NCBI RefSeq assembly: GCF_006345805.1
Contig: NC_043010.1
Coordinates: forward strand, 3,844,001 to 3,908,000
Length of the DNA: 64,000 nt
Direction: 5' to 3'
Origin: Octopus sinensis
Lineage: Eukaryota
The notes beneath the pieces were generated by a model, which made no database searches, was not told where the DNA came from, and saw only the letters and a list, made by a program, of their open reading frames with translations. Within the stretch, counting starts at the first letter, position 1, and every line of letters begins with the position of its first letter. The translations under genes were made by a program, and so were the position numbers. Shown piece by piece: positions 1 to 13,879 of this stretch.

Positions 1-1023
1 ACACATTTAATTAGTTAATGAGCTAGAAGATTTCAATGAGTGTATATTTATATTTCATTAGAATATGTATAAACAAACAGTAATAAAGAGAAAGGAAACC
101 TGGTGAGAATTGAACCCACACCCCACTAGTTAATTCTCTAAGTATAATTCCATTACACATGCTAACTATACACAATTTCTCTGCCTGATTATAAATTTAC
201 ATAATATAATACATATTGTGTAACCACATAATGTTGGTCATTTTAGTTGAGGGAAGTGGTTATTTATTAACAAGTCTTCTCTATTTCTGTTTGTCTATGC
301 ATGTTCGCATTTAATGTGTGTGTGTGTGTGTGTGTGTGTGTTGTGTGTGTGTGTGTACATTGTACTCTTTGCAGAACCATTGCTCATTAATAGATTAATT
401 GCTTGATTGGTATATCGTAGTGTATGAGATATATTCATTTCCCAAATATCTCAGCAAAATTTGTCATGCAACTTCACTCTGAATTGGATATTGCAAATTT
501 GTGCAAGGAAACAAGTTTAGAATCTGACCAGAATATTTCTGTTCATGCTATGGCAAAAGAATGATGCAACTTCAAAGTGTATAAACTTATAGAATTGTGA
601 TTCACTGAAGAAAAAAAATTAGAAAAAATCATCACTAGTAAATTCAGCTTTTGTTGTTATTTAATTCCACATCAGTCTCTCATACAATTTAACATCACTA
701 TATAGCACCTTCAGTGTTATTAGCTGAATCCACTCTGTTGCAGACATTTGACCAGTCTATATTCCAGCAATGCCTTCCTTCCTCCCCACTATGAGCCTTG
801 GAGACCTTATAAGGTTTCATAAGCTCTGATTTCTCTCCAGGCTAAAAGATTAAAAAAAAATACAAGCTCTCCTATTAAGTATAGCTGTGTAGTTAAGTTT
901 GCTTTGCAACCAAATGGTTTTGGGTTTTAGATTACTGTGCAGCAAGAGTTTTCATCTATAGCCTTGGATTGAATAGCCTTGTGATTGAAATTTGCTAGAG
1001 AGAAACTGTGCTGAAGCTTGTCA

Positions 1024-1530
1024 ACATTATCATAATTATCATTTAATGTCCGTTTTCCATGCTGGCACGGGTTGGACCACTTGACATGAACTGGATAGGC
1101 TAGGAGGCCACACCAGGTTTCGTAGTCTATTTTGGACTGGTTTTTATAGCTAGATGTCCTTCCTAATGCCAGCCTTTCCACAGAGTGTACTGGGTGCTTT
1201 TTACGTGGAACCATCACCTGTGCTTTTTATGTGACACCAGCACACATGCCAATGCTTTATACGTGGTACCTTGGTTTTAGGATTCCTGTTCTGTTCTGTT
1301 ATCTCCATCACAAGATTCAGTGCTTTGAGATCCACTGACCCTTATGAATCTCAGAATGCTGAACCTTATGAAGGAGACAACAGAGGACTGAGATATGTGG
1401 CACATTGGTGTACTTGAGAAGACCTGCCCTCCAGAACATAACTGAGAACCTAAAACCAAGGTGTCACGTAAAAAGCATACTTGTATGTGCTGGTGCCATG
1501 TAAAAAGCACTGGTGCTCATGCCACCTAAA
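1024..1530 (-). mobile_element. RTE-tail short retroelement (family A), degenerate copy
   Basis: Similar to other family A copies (gtccgttttccatgct...ggttggac; tttttacgtg subrepeats). Confidence 0.75.
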
Positions 1531-3110
1531 AAGCAGAGAGAGAGAGATTGCCAATAAATTGGTGCATTCAACAAAAATGCTTCCTGGTATTTATTCTGCT
1601 CAACTTGCATAATCTCTCCCTTGATATCACTCTTGATGCTATCATTCTCCAAATGTATGCTGTACAATAAAAATAAAGACATAGTATTTTTCCTTTTATA
1701 GGTTTGAGAGGATTTTCAGTTTTGCCTCTTTTGAGGATATGACAACCCCTCTAGTGCTGGTGCTACAATTAAATAGACCCAGTAAAAGATGAATAACATA
1801 TGAACATACTAGACAACATAGTGCTAGTTATAGAAAAAGATGTTGTGGATAGAATGCCTCTCACCATAAAGCTGTTCATTTAGAGCTGACTTAATACTAA
1901 ACAGCAATTTACCTTTTGTCTCTTCAATCAAACTTATTCTATCAGACCACACCATCATCCAAAATACTGTGCCGTAATAAAAATCTCTTCAACCCACATT
2001 CTTTCAACTTGAATGTGTTTCAGAGATTGATTGACTCTCACACTTTTTTTTTTGCCTTTCTGTGTTACCAAACTTCTTACTGTTACAAGTACACTGCATT
2101 ACAAAAACGTTTGCACTTACAGAAATTGTAAATATGACTACTTATTTTGTGATAAGGCCTATAATTCAGCATTTACAGAAACTCGGGGAAATTTTAACAA
2201 TTTTAAAAATCAAAATCATGTATTTACATGTGTCAAATATATATATGCAACAATAAAACATATATTTGGTATGATACTTTAATATGCTCGACTGCTCCTC
2301 TTATAATTTTTGTCTTCATAATTTGTATGTTTTTGTTTCTTGCAGTTTACTAATTCAGCCTTAAAATTTTTTTTTCCCCTACACCTTTTAAAGTTTTCCA
2401 TTGCTCTCACCATATTTGTCAACATTTACCCTCTCCATCCTCATCCACTTTGTTGTGTATGGTTCAATTCATTTGAGCTTGTTTTTCATAGCACTTAACA
2501 TTCTTACTATAACACCTGCCTACTTCCTGCTCTGCCTTCCACTTTATACATGCACCACTGAATCTGATCTGGGTTCTGATACTATCTTTAATCAAACAGT
2601 ACTTCCTTCTACATCTGGCAGTTCCTACCCTTTAACATCACATCTTCATCCATTTCATTTTCTCACTTCCATTTTTGCATTCAAAGTGTAAAACCACACA
2701 ATTTTGCTAATGTTGAACATTGCTACTTTCTCAGGATCCTACAGTTTTATTAATTAGTGTGTATTTTTTCGCCTATGAAAATCACTGTTGAATGTGACAA
2801 CAAGCAAGTACAGAACAATGCTCTGCTCTTATTCAAATGAGTACAATATAAAGTACATTGCTCTTATTTAAGAGGATTTAGAAAAGGCCACCAGATGGAA
2901 GCGAAGGCAGTAATGTGAAAAGAAATTATAAAGGGGTTATAATATAGGATAGTAAACACAATTTTTTACAACTTCGAAAAGTAGAAAATGACAGACATAT
3001 TGCAACAGCATTAATGTTTGTATTGGAAACAATGTTAACAAAGACAAAATTAGGTCATGTGCTCAAGCAGCTACTCTGTTACCTGTCTACACATTGCTTT
3101 TTTAAATATA

Positions 3111-4153
3111 CATGATGTCCCAAAAGTCACTGATCATCATCATCATCATCATCGTTTAACGTCCGTTTTCCGCGCTAGCACGGGTTGAACGGTTCGACCA
3201 GGGTCTGGGAAGCCAGGGCTGCACCAGGCTCCAGTCTGATCTGGCAGTGTTTCTACAGCTGGATGCCCTTCCTAACGCCAACCACTCTGCGAGTGATGGG
3301 TTTTAATTTTAAATAACTTACTTAACTTTACAAATAAATGCATGAAATTTTGCTACACTATAAAGCACATAATGTAAATTAATATGCACAAAGTCAAATT
3401 TGCAAACCACTACATCACATGTGAAAAATTATGTTGCTTAAATGACAGCCATTTTCGGCTTTGCATGCATGTGCTCTTTCAAAACTTGCGCCATAACACC
3501 CTCAAGAGTTTCAGACCCCACCTCTCTGATTTCTCTATTGATGTTCTCCTTCAGTTGCACCAGGGTCTCCAGTTTATTGACGTAGACCCTCTCTTTTAGA
3601 TATCCCCACACGAAAAAATCTGGGCTAGTAAAGTCTGGGGAATGTGAAGGCCAGTTTACATTGCCGTAGAGGGAGAGTATTCTCTCTCCAAAGCACTACC
3701 GTAGCAACTGCATTGTTTCTCTTGCAGTATGAGCAGTTGCTTCATCTTGCTGGAATCATGTGTGAGGTCTACTTTGAATGGCCTTCACATTCTGCGGGCT
3801 TGACTAGCCTGGATTTTTTCTTGTGGGGATATCTGAAAGAGAGGGTTTACATCAACAGATTGGAGACCCTCATGCAACTGAAGAAGAACATAAATAGAGG
3901 GACCAGAGAAGTGATGTCTGAAATTCTTGAGGGTGTTATGGTGCACGCTTTGGAAAGTGTGTGAAGCTGAAAATGGCTGCTATTTAAGTGATGTCATTTT
4001 TCACCCGTAATGTAGTGGTGTTGCAAAATTTGACTTGTGCATATTAATTTCCATTATGTCCTTTATATTATATTAAAATTTCATGCATTTATTTGTAAAG
4101 CTAAGGAAGTTATTAAAAATTGAAAAACCCTCAGTGACTTTTGGGACATCCTG
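3111..4153 (-). mobile_element. rosa/DD41D Tc1-mariner deletion derivative with long (~375 bp) terminal inverted repeats
   Basis: TA flanks at 3109-3110 and 4154-4155; ends catgatgtcccaaaagtcactga / tcagtgacttttgggacatcctg. Arms 3111-3653 and 3779-4153 are inverted copies. Minus strand 3757-3415 reads QQDEATAHTARETMQLLR*CFGERILSLYGNVNWPSHSPDFTSPDFFVWGYLKERVY, with 41 residues between the 2nd and 3rd catalytic D. Confidence 0.85.
3135..3293 (-). mobile_element. Family A RTE-tail element inserted in the left TIR of the DD41D element
   Basis: (CAT)n tail, family A body, short TGAT duplication at 3131-3134 and 3294-3297. Confidence 0.85.
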
Positions 4154-4333
4154 TACATCTGCTATAACACTTAATATGGAGAAGCTCATGAGTATGTGGA
4201 TCAATGATCAGACTGGACATAATATGGCAAGAAATATGATAATCATTTAAGTCAAAGCTAAAAGTTTGCATGAAGATTTGCTGAAAGAAGATACAACTTA
4301 TGCAAAATATTTTCTGGCCCCTTAAAAGCTGGT

Positions 4334-5130
4334 TTGAAAACTTTAAGAATTGCTTTAATTTCTGCAACATTGAAAATCACTGATGAAGCTATTAGTGTCA
4401 GTACAGAGAGTGCAACTTACTATACTGAAGGGATTAAAAAAAAAGATGAAGAAAAATTAAAATTAGTCTTTAATGCTTCCAAAAATTGTCTGAGGGTTCT
4501 TGTGAATGAAAGTGCTGTCGGTGATATGAAGTTAAAGATCCTACTTGTGTTTCACTCTGAAAATCTAAATTCTAGCTTTGACTTATATGACTATCATGTT
4601 TATTGGTAGATTATTTTCAAGGTTTATGATTTGGCATTCAAATAGGAAGGCTTAAATGATTAGGAATTTTTCCAATAATGATTTACAAACATCTTTGGCT
4701 TGCAACAGAGGAACAGTGCCAGGCATTATACTTTCAACAAAGTACTTCTGAACAATGCATCAAGCCATTTAGCGAATTTAAGTGACCTTTTTGATAATAT
4801 GAGAATAGAATATGTGCCCAAGAACACAACTTGTGTGATAGGCCTATTATCTAAGAAGAACTTTAAAATAAAAATCTCATAGTTTGATAGGCCTGTTATC
4901 TAAGATGAACTTAAAAAAAAAACTCATAAAAATATTGGATGGTAAGTATGAAAATAACTGTTAGAGACTGAAGAAAATTCAGCATTGAGGACACTGAGGA
5001 CTAGCCAAGTCATAGGATGAAGTGAAACCCTTAGTTATGAATATTGTTTGAAAAAAATCAATACAGAGCCAGAGTCCAGTAAGAAACTGTTACTGGCAAA
5101 TGATGTAGATTTTGAAGAAGTCAAAGTTGA
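4334..5130 (+). mobile_element. Decayed pogo/Tigger transposase fragment
   Basis: CLRVLVNESAVGDMKLKILLVFHSENL and VLLNNASSHLANLSDLFDNMRIEYVPKNTT resemble the pogo motifs ANASGDFKLKPLLVYHSENP and LLLDNAPGH...FLPPNTT; multiple stops. Confidence 0.75.
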
Positions 5131-6571
5131 TGTAGTTCAGTTTCTGGAGTCTGTTACAGAAGATTTATAAAATGAGAACTGATGCTTTTAGATCAAGAGC
5201 AACCTTAGGACCAAAAAAAAATGAAATGGAAATTTCATCCACTCCATTTCAGTTGACTGCAAAGAATACAGCTAAAAATGTTGGCACTTGAGAGGAAGTT
5301 CTTCAAGTCTTTGCTGATAATGATTCTGATCATGAACATAAATAAAAATTGCAAAAGGAATTTATAATGAGCTCAGTTCCTATACTGAGCTGTACAAAGA
5401 GATGATGCATCATAAATGTCAAAGAATTTTGGTTAAGTTCATCCCTGAAGCAGATGCTGATAATGATCTATGGGGCAGGAGATAGTGCCCTTTTCCTCTC
5501 AGTATCTCCTATCACACTACTTCCCACCACACAGAAGCCAAAACCTTTTGCAGTGAGTATGTTCACTACTATGGTATTTCAGTATTCTTATTCCCAAATG
5601 AATTTCTCTTCAAATGCTTTTGTGTTTCCAAACCATTCTCTGTGTGTGTAAATCTGTTATTTTCATCAAATAAAGTGTTTTTATCCCCAGCCCCTAAAAA
5701 TATACCATCAGAACATATCTTAATTTATAGCATGGAAGTCAATGGCAAAATACATTTCATATCAGGGAATTCTGTTATTACAGCTTCTACAATATGGTGG
5801 ATGCCTGTGTTTCTAACCACACTCTTATGTAGAAAGCTACTTACTTCTCTTCAGTAACATTTTACACAAAAGTGCTGGCATATCTGTGTGGTTAAGAAAT
5901 TTGGTCTACGACTAGATGGTTCCAAGTTTGGTCCCACTGTAAAGCACTAGGTTTTATCTACTGTTGATGTGAGTTGACCAGTACTTTGTGAATGTAATTT
6001 TGTGGAAACTTGGTTGACAGAAACTATAAGCAGGCTTCTTGTTGTTGTTACTCTGTGTGTGTGTGTGTGTGTGTGTGTTGTGTGTGTGTGTGTGTGTGAA
6101 ATCTATATCAGGATAATAGATATAACTGCTAAATCTCCATGACATTTTTCTACCTCCTACTGCCGCTATAAATTCCCTTTTAAAGAACTTTATATGATAC
6201 CTATAGGCATTAGTGGAATGCTTGGTAAATTAAAACCTAATTTAAACTGAGGGCTATCCATGCTACAATTTAATTCTCTAACAGTTGCAATCGTTGGGAG
6301 GGAACATGGACTGCGACCTGAAAAACTCAGTGTGGTTTTGGTACTTCCTCAGGCTTCACACCCCTTTAAGTATTGGTTGTTTGTCTTTATGCAGCATAGA
6401 GCAGCACCCAAAATAACCAGTAAGTCTCATTTGGGACTGCTAATGAATTCTATTTCATCAGTTAATTTCAAGATTATTTGTGAGTGTACTATTATGCTAG
6501 TGAATTTGTAGCATGACTTACTGCTTGAAATCAGTGGTCAATAGAATCTCTTGATAAATATGTAAGATTTG

Positions 6572-6968
6572 ACAGGAGTGGCTGTGTGGTAAGTAGCTTG
6601 CTTCCTAACCACATGGTTCCGGGTTCAGTCCCACTGCATGGCACCTTGGGCAAGTGTCTTCTGCTATGGCCCCGGGCCGACCAATGCCTTGTGAGTGGAT
6701 TTGGTAGACGGAAACTGAAAGAAGCCTGTCGTATATATGTATATATATATATATGTGTGTGTGTTTGTGTGTCTGTGTTTGTTCCCCTAGCATTGCTTGA
6801 CAACCGATGCTGGTGTGTTTACATCCCTGTCACTTAGCGGTTCAGCAAAAAGAGACTGATAGAATAAGTACTGGGCTTACAAAGAATAAGTCCCGGGGTC
6901 GATTTGCTCGACTAAAGGCGGTGCTCCAGCATGGCTGCAGTCAAATGACTGAAACAAGTAAAAGAGTA
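6572..6968 (+). mobile_element. tRNA-derived SINE family B, full length
   Basis: A-box TGGCTGTGTGG, B-box-like GGTTCAGTCCC, central (TA)/(TG) tract, tail gactgaaacaagtaaaagag; many copies in window. Confidence 0.9.
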
Positions 6969-7736
6969 ATACAGAGACAAATATATTTGGTGATTCATTT
7001 ATAATTGGAACCTCTTCTGCTCATATACAAACTAAATTAAAGGAAAACCAAAACTCCAATGTTGGCTTCAGCCATAAATCAAACTCATGCTTTGGAAATA
7101 TTTATGAAGATCCTTAGGTCTATGGCTCTGTTCTTCAAGTGGAAAGTTGTACAATAAGCTTTGCTGAAGCACTTAGAAAAATCTTGAATTTGAAAAGAAA
7201 TCAAAGCTCAACCATGGTTTCTTGTACAACTGTACCTTATCAGGACATCAAAGGTATTATTTCTCTGGAAAATTTCTGCAGTTTCACCACAGCAAATATC
7301 TAACCTGTGATACTATTTGTTTCAAGCATAAGAAAAAGGAACACTTTTCAAATAGTTGTAGGGCTTTAAATAAACCTATGATTGCTTCTGTTCTGTCAGA
7401 AACACTTGAGCAACGCTAGTGCATGCATATACAGTTGCGTGCATGTGCACATACATGCGAGTACTGTCCAAATCTCCAACCAATCACATACAGCTAGCTG
7501 ACATTCAATTGGCGTATCAAGTTTCAGGCATTTTGATTGGGTTTTGGATAGAAAATTCACAAAAAAGTCACTTCTATTGATTTTTTAATGGCTTTGCGGG
7601 GTGACTGGGGAAATGTAAAGATGTGCACGACCACCCTTGGATGGTTTTGAATGACCATAGAGAGTGCGAGCCCTTTAACTGAAAACTTGTGGATTTGTAT
7701 AAAGGACACACACACAGACATACATTTTGCCGTTTA

Positions 7737-7775
<39 letters not shown>

Positions 7776-8074
7776 GTTTCCTCCAACTGCTTGTTATTCT
7801 TGGTATTCACTTGCTGAACAAACATTTGCCTGCCAATGTAGAATTCTGTGCCCTACATAATAGGACCAGGTAGTTTGCTCTCTTCTCTCTCTAAAAAGTC
7901 AATCCCTCTATAGTCTTTGCTCATCTATTACCAGAAATTATGTAATTCTGTAAGTTTACATCATCTGATGTTGAAATTATTCTATCAGATGTGAACAGAA
8001 TGCTTAGAGTAGACATTGTCAAACCAAGTGACTCTGAGTCACCACAAATACATTTTATTAATGATGACAGCTAA

Positions 8075-8285
8075 AAAGGTGGTGAGCTGGCAGAATTGTT
8101 AGCATGGCAGGCAAAATGCTTTGTGACATTTCATTTGTCTTTAAGTTCTGAGTTCAAATCCTGCCAAGGTTGAATTTGCCTTTCATCCTTTGGGGGTTGA
8201 TAAAATAATTCACTGAGGTCATTGTAATCAAATAATTCCCTTCCCCAAAATTTCAGGCCTTGTGCCTGTCATAGAAAAGATTTAA
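8075..8285 (+). mobile_element. tRNA-derived SINE family C, degenerate
   Basis: ggtggtgagctggcagaa...gagttcaaat...tttgcctttcatcctt; matches 17081-17313 and 60318-60545. Confidence 0.75.
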
Positions 8286-11200
8286 TGATAACAGCAAAAG
8301 AAAGCTAGCAGTTGATTAGTCTAATGCTTTTTATAAATTCATCTACTTACCTGTCCAAATTAGATGACTTTATTAAGAAAATAACTTATTACTAGCTATG
8401 TGGTATTATTGACGTCTGTGGTGCATACCACTATATTGCATTGAATTCTGATGCTCAAGTATTTATTGCTTTTAAGGCAGACAGTCAGTTCTTTCCAATT
8501 TTTTTTTTTGCTTAAATGTCTTAGTTTCAGTCTTAAAAATGGTGTTGCAGTCTTACAGATGCATTGCATGTTTCCAATAAATAATAAACAATCTTATTTC
8601 TGACATAAGTTAGAAGACACGTGTAACTAAGCTAAATGACATCACCATATGTTGTAAGATCAAAGAGGAACACATCAAAAAATCTAAATTCTTGAGATGT
8701 TTGTATATTTAATATGAAACTGAAAATAGATTTTCAACTAAATCTGTCTGTATTCTAGATTAGCAAATTAATTAGAATGAATTGCATCTTGATCTCTTAA
8801 TGTTTTACTCTATTTTTTTAAGAAAATGCTCATGCCTACTATTAAACAATTTTTATCTTGTATTATACATCTGTTCACTTATTCTTCATCAATCTCTTGC
8901 TTCACCGAAAGATAAGACCTTAATCAATATTCAGTTTCTCAAAGAAGACTGCATGACCCTCTGTGACTTAAAGGCTGCTGTTATAGAGTCTGTCAAGATT
9001 AAAGCTGATGAACATAAGATGTCATTTACCATTGAAATGGATACTTCTGAGACTACTATCAGAGATACTCTTAATGAAAATAATATGCCTGTATAATGCA
9101 TTTAAGTTACTAAATTCTGCTGAGAAAAATTATTGCACATTTTAAAAAACAAGCAAGCAAAAATAAGTGGCACAGCACTTTCTGTTATGCAAATGATTAA
9201 CCCCGGTGTTTGATCAGATGTCATTGTTTATAAAGACATGAAACACAAAATTAAAATAAAAATAAGAGGATATACTTGGAATTAGAACTCTTACCATTCT
9301 ATTACAAAATTTTACATCCTCTTGTATTTCTTAATGCTGCAGCAGATGTACAATCATAAGACTTTTGAAACATTGTTCTGCAGAGTAACATCTTAGAACT
9401 ACCAATTTTCGTGCTGTCCTGGTTGGTGTTACACTGTTGTTGCATTTTGGGTGTGAAATCTTTTACTTAGAGAACTGCATTGAATGTGTTGTTTCTACAT
9501 GTAACATTTGTCAAAAGTATAAGCTACAATACTATCATCTGGACCAATATCAGTTCATGTGATCCATGCATCCCTTTGACAACTGAAGTATTGACTTTAG
9601 GTCTTTGTTTATCTTCCCTTCCAAGTTATTATTTCTGACATAAGCTAGAAGACAGGTATAACTAGGTAACTGACATCACCACATGTAGTATGATAAAAGT
9701 AACATTACAAAAAAATTATTTAAATTCTTAAGTTGCAGATTATTAGCAATAAGTCATCCCCCGCTTTTTTTTTTTTTTGCTTCCCTGTCATGACATATAT
9801 TCATCAACTGTCATTTCTTGCTTGATCATGTGTATTTTAAAAATTTCTAATTTACATAAAAAAACTTCTAAACTGAAGTCTTTCTTACTTGGTAAGTGTG
9901 TCCCAATTTGTCCCTTGTCACCATTCTACCCTACAAGAAATGGGCAACATTTGTATTATACTGGTAACTTTTAGAAAATCATGACATTAGTTCTCCAGTC
10001 TAAAAATATCTCTGTACCCTATGTGTATGGGTTTTATTGAATGCCTTACATTCATTCTGATCCTTATGTTCATCATCAAATTCAATATTTCCTGAATGCC
10101 TTTTGATTTTCCCAGAAATATGGCATACCAGTCTAACATTTGTCATCAAGAAAGATTCTGCACAGGGAATTGAATTGAAACAAGAACTCAAGTTCAAGAG
10201 GTTGAACTCATTATTGTCATCATAATCTTTGCTTTATGTTTGCTTTTCTGGAATCAAAGCTTGTATTTGTTTCCCTTTGATGGAGAAGGAATTGTAGCAA
10301 TTGGATATTTAAACCCACCAGGTGACACCCTAAATTAGGCTGAAATTAGGAACAGGTGTACTCCTACTGAAAGTATCAGTACTCATGTAACTCACCTTTA
10401 ATCTTGATGAAACACCTACACAGCAATCTGTCAAATACTACAATCTAATGAACCACCTGTGAGCTTTGTGTCCTAATATTCTACTTGAAAAATATAACAA
10501 CACTGAAAAATTTTGTGTCCAAAATATGTTGCATTGAAATTTTGAACTATTGCTTTAGTAATATTATAAGCATATTTTTCAGAGATGGGGTGAAAGAATG
10601 TAATAATTTTATTAAAAGATGCTATATGTTAATAACAATAGAAATGGTTATCGAAACTCTGTGAGATTCCGCAATTACTTTGAGTTCCTGCCGTTAAATT
10701 AAATTCTGTCAAGCAAGAAATGGTTGTTGATGAATAAATGTCACAAGTTAAAAAAGCAGAAAACAAGAAGATTCATTGGCAAAAGTCAACATTTATTATT
10801 GATATTGTTATACCTAGAGATCTGTGAGCAAATGTCATGGAAGTATTTGTAAATTGAAACCTAATTTAAGTTGACATTGTTTTGGGCTATTCACACTTCA
10901 GAGTGTGTATATATATATATATAATTATATATATGTGTGTATGTCTGCATTTTATCTTGTTTATATTGTGTCTCTTTATATCCCATAACACAGTAGTTAG
11001 GTAAGAACTGATGATAAATATATATGGAATATATATGTTTGATTAAACCTTTGAGGGTGTTGCTCTTGCCTTATTACAGTCAATGACTGAAACTAGTAAA
11101 AGTATGCGTCGACCATGTGCAATGTAAGAGATAACTTCATGAGACATGGACTAATTTTATGGATAGAAATCATACAAACATCCCACAGTGAGAACATGAC

Positions 11201-11559
11201 AACCTTATCTCATTCAGCAGCATTGGATATATTATGGAAACATAACAGCATGTGACATCACTGCTTATGCAACTAAAACCTTCAACTTCTTTTCAAATGC
11301 TAAATTTCAGAAGCTTTGATCTTTCATGATGAAAACACATAACATTTGCATTACCAGATCCAAAATGTTTTTTCAGAGTCAGAAAATTATGTTTTCTAAA
11401 CAACTGCGTACTTTCTTTCTCCATAACATAACCGTAATTCTCATGAGAGTAATCTTCACATATCTGTGAAGACTAAATGATTCATGTCTTGGATAAGTGA
11501 TTCATGTCCAAGCCACTGCACCGTGTTTATCCAAAATACTTAACCAGCAATTGACTCAA

Positions 11560-11851
11560 ATCGTGGCTGATGCCAGCGCCGCCTCAACTGGCTTCCGTGC
11601 CGGTGGCACGTAAAATGCACCAAACCGACCGTGGCCATTGCCAGCCTCGCCTGGCACCTGTGCAGGTGGCACATAAAAAGCACCCACTACACTCACGGAG
11701 TGGTTGGCGTTGGGAAGGGCATCCAGCTGTAGAAACAATGCCAGATCTGACTGGCCTGGTGCAGCCTTCGGGCTTGCCAGACCCCAGTTGAACCGTCCAA
11801 CCCATGCTAGCATGGAGAACGGATGTTAAACGATGATGATGATGATGATGA
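11560..11851 (+). mobile_element. Family A RTE-tail element
   Basis: Starts atcgtggc (same 5' end as the copy at 33325); gaagggcatccagctgtagaaa core; ccatgctagcatgg hairpin; (GAT)n tail. Confidence 0.9.
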
Positions 11852-12282
11852 CTCAGTTCACTGAGATGATGATAAATACCAAAAGGAGGGAGGGAGTCAG
11901 TACCTTAAAATATATGAAGCATTGTAAAAGTTACAAGTGTGTTTTTTTTAATACTACAATGTCAAAGAGGCAAATGCAGTACCCGTGACCATAATTCATC
12001 AAAGAAGGAAGTGCAGTACCCATGACCATTTTCTAATTTTTCATTACCTTTGAGAATCGTGAGGGGAAAGGAGAAAGTTTAATAAGAACTGGAAATCTGA
12101 CCCAAATGTTTGAAACAAGGAGAATGCCACTGAAGGCAACCAAGAACTAGGCAGTGGTGTTAAAGAAGCAATTGATTAAGCCCACGATCCAAGGCTTCAA
12201 ATGCCAAATATTTGGAATGAAAAGCAGTGAAGTGCTACATATGGAGACATGAAGGCAGATTGACTAAGAGTTAAATATATAT

Positions 12283-12675
12283 AATCATCATCATCATCAT
12301 CATCATCATTGTTTAACATCCGCTTTCCATGCTGGCATGAGTTGGACGGTTCGACCGTGGATCTGGGAAGCCAGAAGGCTGCGCCAGGCCCAGTCAGATC
12401 TGGCAGTGTTTCTACAGCTGGATGCCCTTCCTAATGCCAACCACTCCGTGAGTGTAGTGGGTGCTTTTTACGTGTCACCGGCACAGGTGCCAGACGAGGC
12501 TGGCAAACGGCCACGATTGGTTTGGTGCATTTTACGTGCCACTGGCACAGGGGCCAGACGAGGCTGGCAAACGGCTACGATCGGATGGTGCTTTTTACGT
12601 GCCACCAGCATGGAGGCCAGTCGGGGTGGCACTGGCAATGGATGGTTCTCTTACGTGCCACCAGCACTGGTATCA
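12283..12675 (-). mobile_element. Family A RTE-tail element, long variant with extra subrepeats
   Basis: (CAT)n tail at left; several ttttacgtgccac subrepeats. Confidence 0.9.
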
Positions 12676-12687
12676 CAGCTAATATTG

Positions 12688-12905
12688 GTAGCAAATTTTG
12701 GCACAAGGCCAGCAATTTTAGGGGAAGTGGGTACATTGATTACATCAATCCCAGTGCTCAACTGATACCTATTTTATCAACTCTGAAAGGATGAAAGGCA
12801 ATGCCGATCTTGATGGAATTTGAACTCAGAAATATAAAGATGGATGAAATGCCACTGAACACGTTGTCCGATGTGCTAACGATTCTGCCAGTTTGCCACC
12901 TTGAA
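12688..12905 (-). mobile_element. SINE family C
   Basis: Reverse-complement match to the family C head and core. Confidence 0.75.
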
Positions 12906-13484
12906 TTTTTGTAATATTGAGGGACGAAAGAGCATGGAACAAAGAACGCTTAAGGTAGTAACAGATAAAAAGAAATATAAACGTGTGTGAAATAGAGAGG
13001 AAAATTGTGACTGTATAAGAGAGAAGAAAAGTGTGTAAAGAAAACAAGAGGGAAAATGCATCTTTGTGTATGTGTGTGTAAGCATGTGCCGGTTTGTGAG
13101 AGAAATCAGAAGAGGTAATGGGTGAGGGGTGGGGCGAAAAATACTTTGCTTTAATGAATGTTAATAGTGCATCCTGTTGTAGCTCCCTGATGAAGTCTAA
13201 TCGAGCATACACTTTTATGATCAAAGATATTCCAGCTGTGACCATCCTTTCATTTTAAGGGTCTCTAGAACTTTCATTAGCTAATATATGCTGCTCCCCA
13301 CTTTTCTTGGATAAGATGTCATTTGAGGGAGATTTGATAGCTATTTCTAGATTTAAACCAAGTCGGGTGACCATCGAGGTGCCCCACCCTTCTGACTCGG
13401 GTGAGTGCTTGTAGGATGTATCAATAGGGCAAATGAGAGGTGGGGAGAGAGATACCGGAGAAAGGGATAGAGGGGAGAAGGAAA

Positions 13485-13873
13485 TCTTTATATATAAAAG
13501 TAAGGTTGTGTATCTGTCTCCTACGATTTAGATTCCTAACTACTCCCACATTTTGCGGTGTAGTTTAACCAAAGCCGGGTATCTTATAGTCGTGATTCAT
13601 ATCAAGCCCTTCTGGGTATTAGCGCACGTCTACGATGAGTCTACAATTTTAAAAAAAAATTACCATCATTTTTTTCTATTTTAATGCATTTTCTTTCGCT
13701 ATTATATAAGGGAAGTAACTCTCTAAAAATGTCTACGATGAGTCAACGATTTTTACCATCGTTTTTTTTCCATTTTTAATGCATTTTTTGCTATCTTTTG
13801 GCTATAACTCTCTAAAAATGCTTATATAGTTATTTCCCTTACAAATCCGAGCAACGCCGGGCGATACTGCTAG
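13485..13873 (+). mobile_element. Non-autonomous Helitron, 389 bp
   Basis: 5' TC after A, 3' CTAG before T, subterminal hairpin ccgagcaacgccgggc, no TSD; four more copies in window. Confidence 0.88.
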
Positions 13874-13879
13874 TATGAA

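Noticed and set aside
430-720. Possible hAT transposase remnant
   Set aside because: No diagnostic motif could be confirmed.
9003-9040. CTGATGA followed by an ACAT/ATGT hairpin
   Set aside because: No GAAA directly after stem II and no stem I/III.
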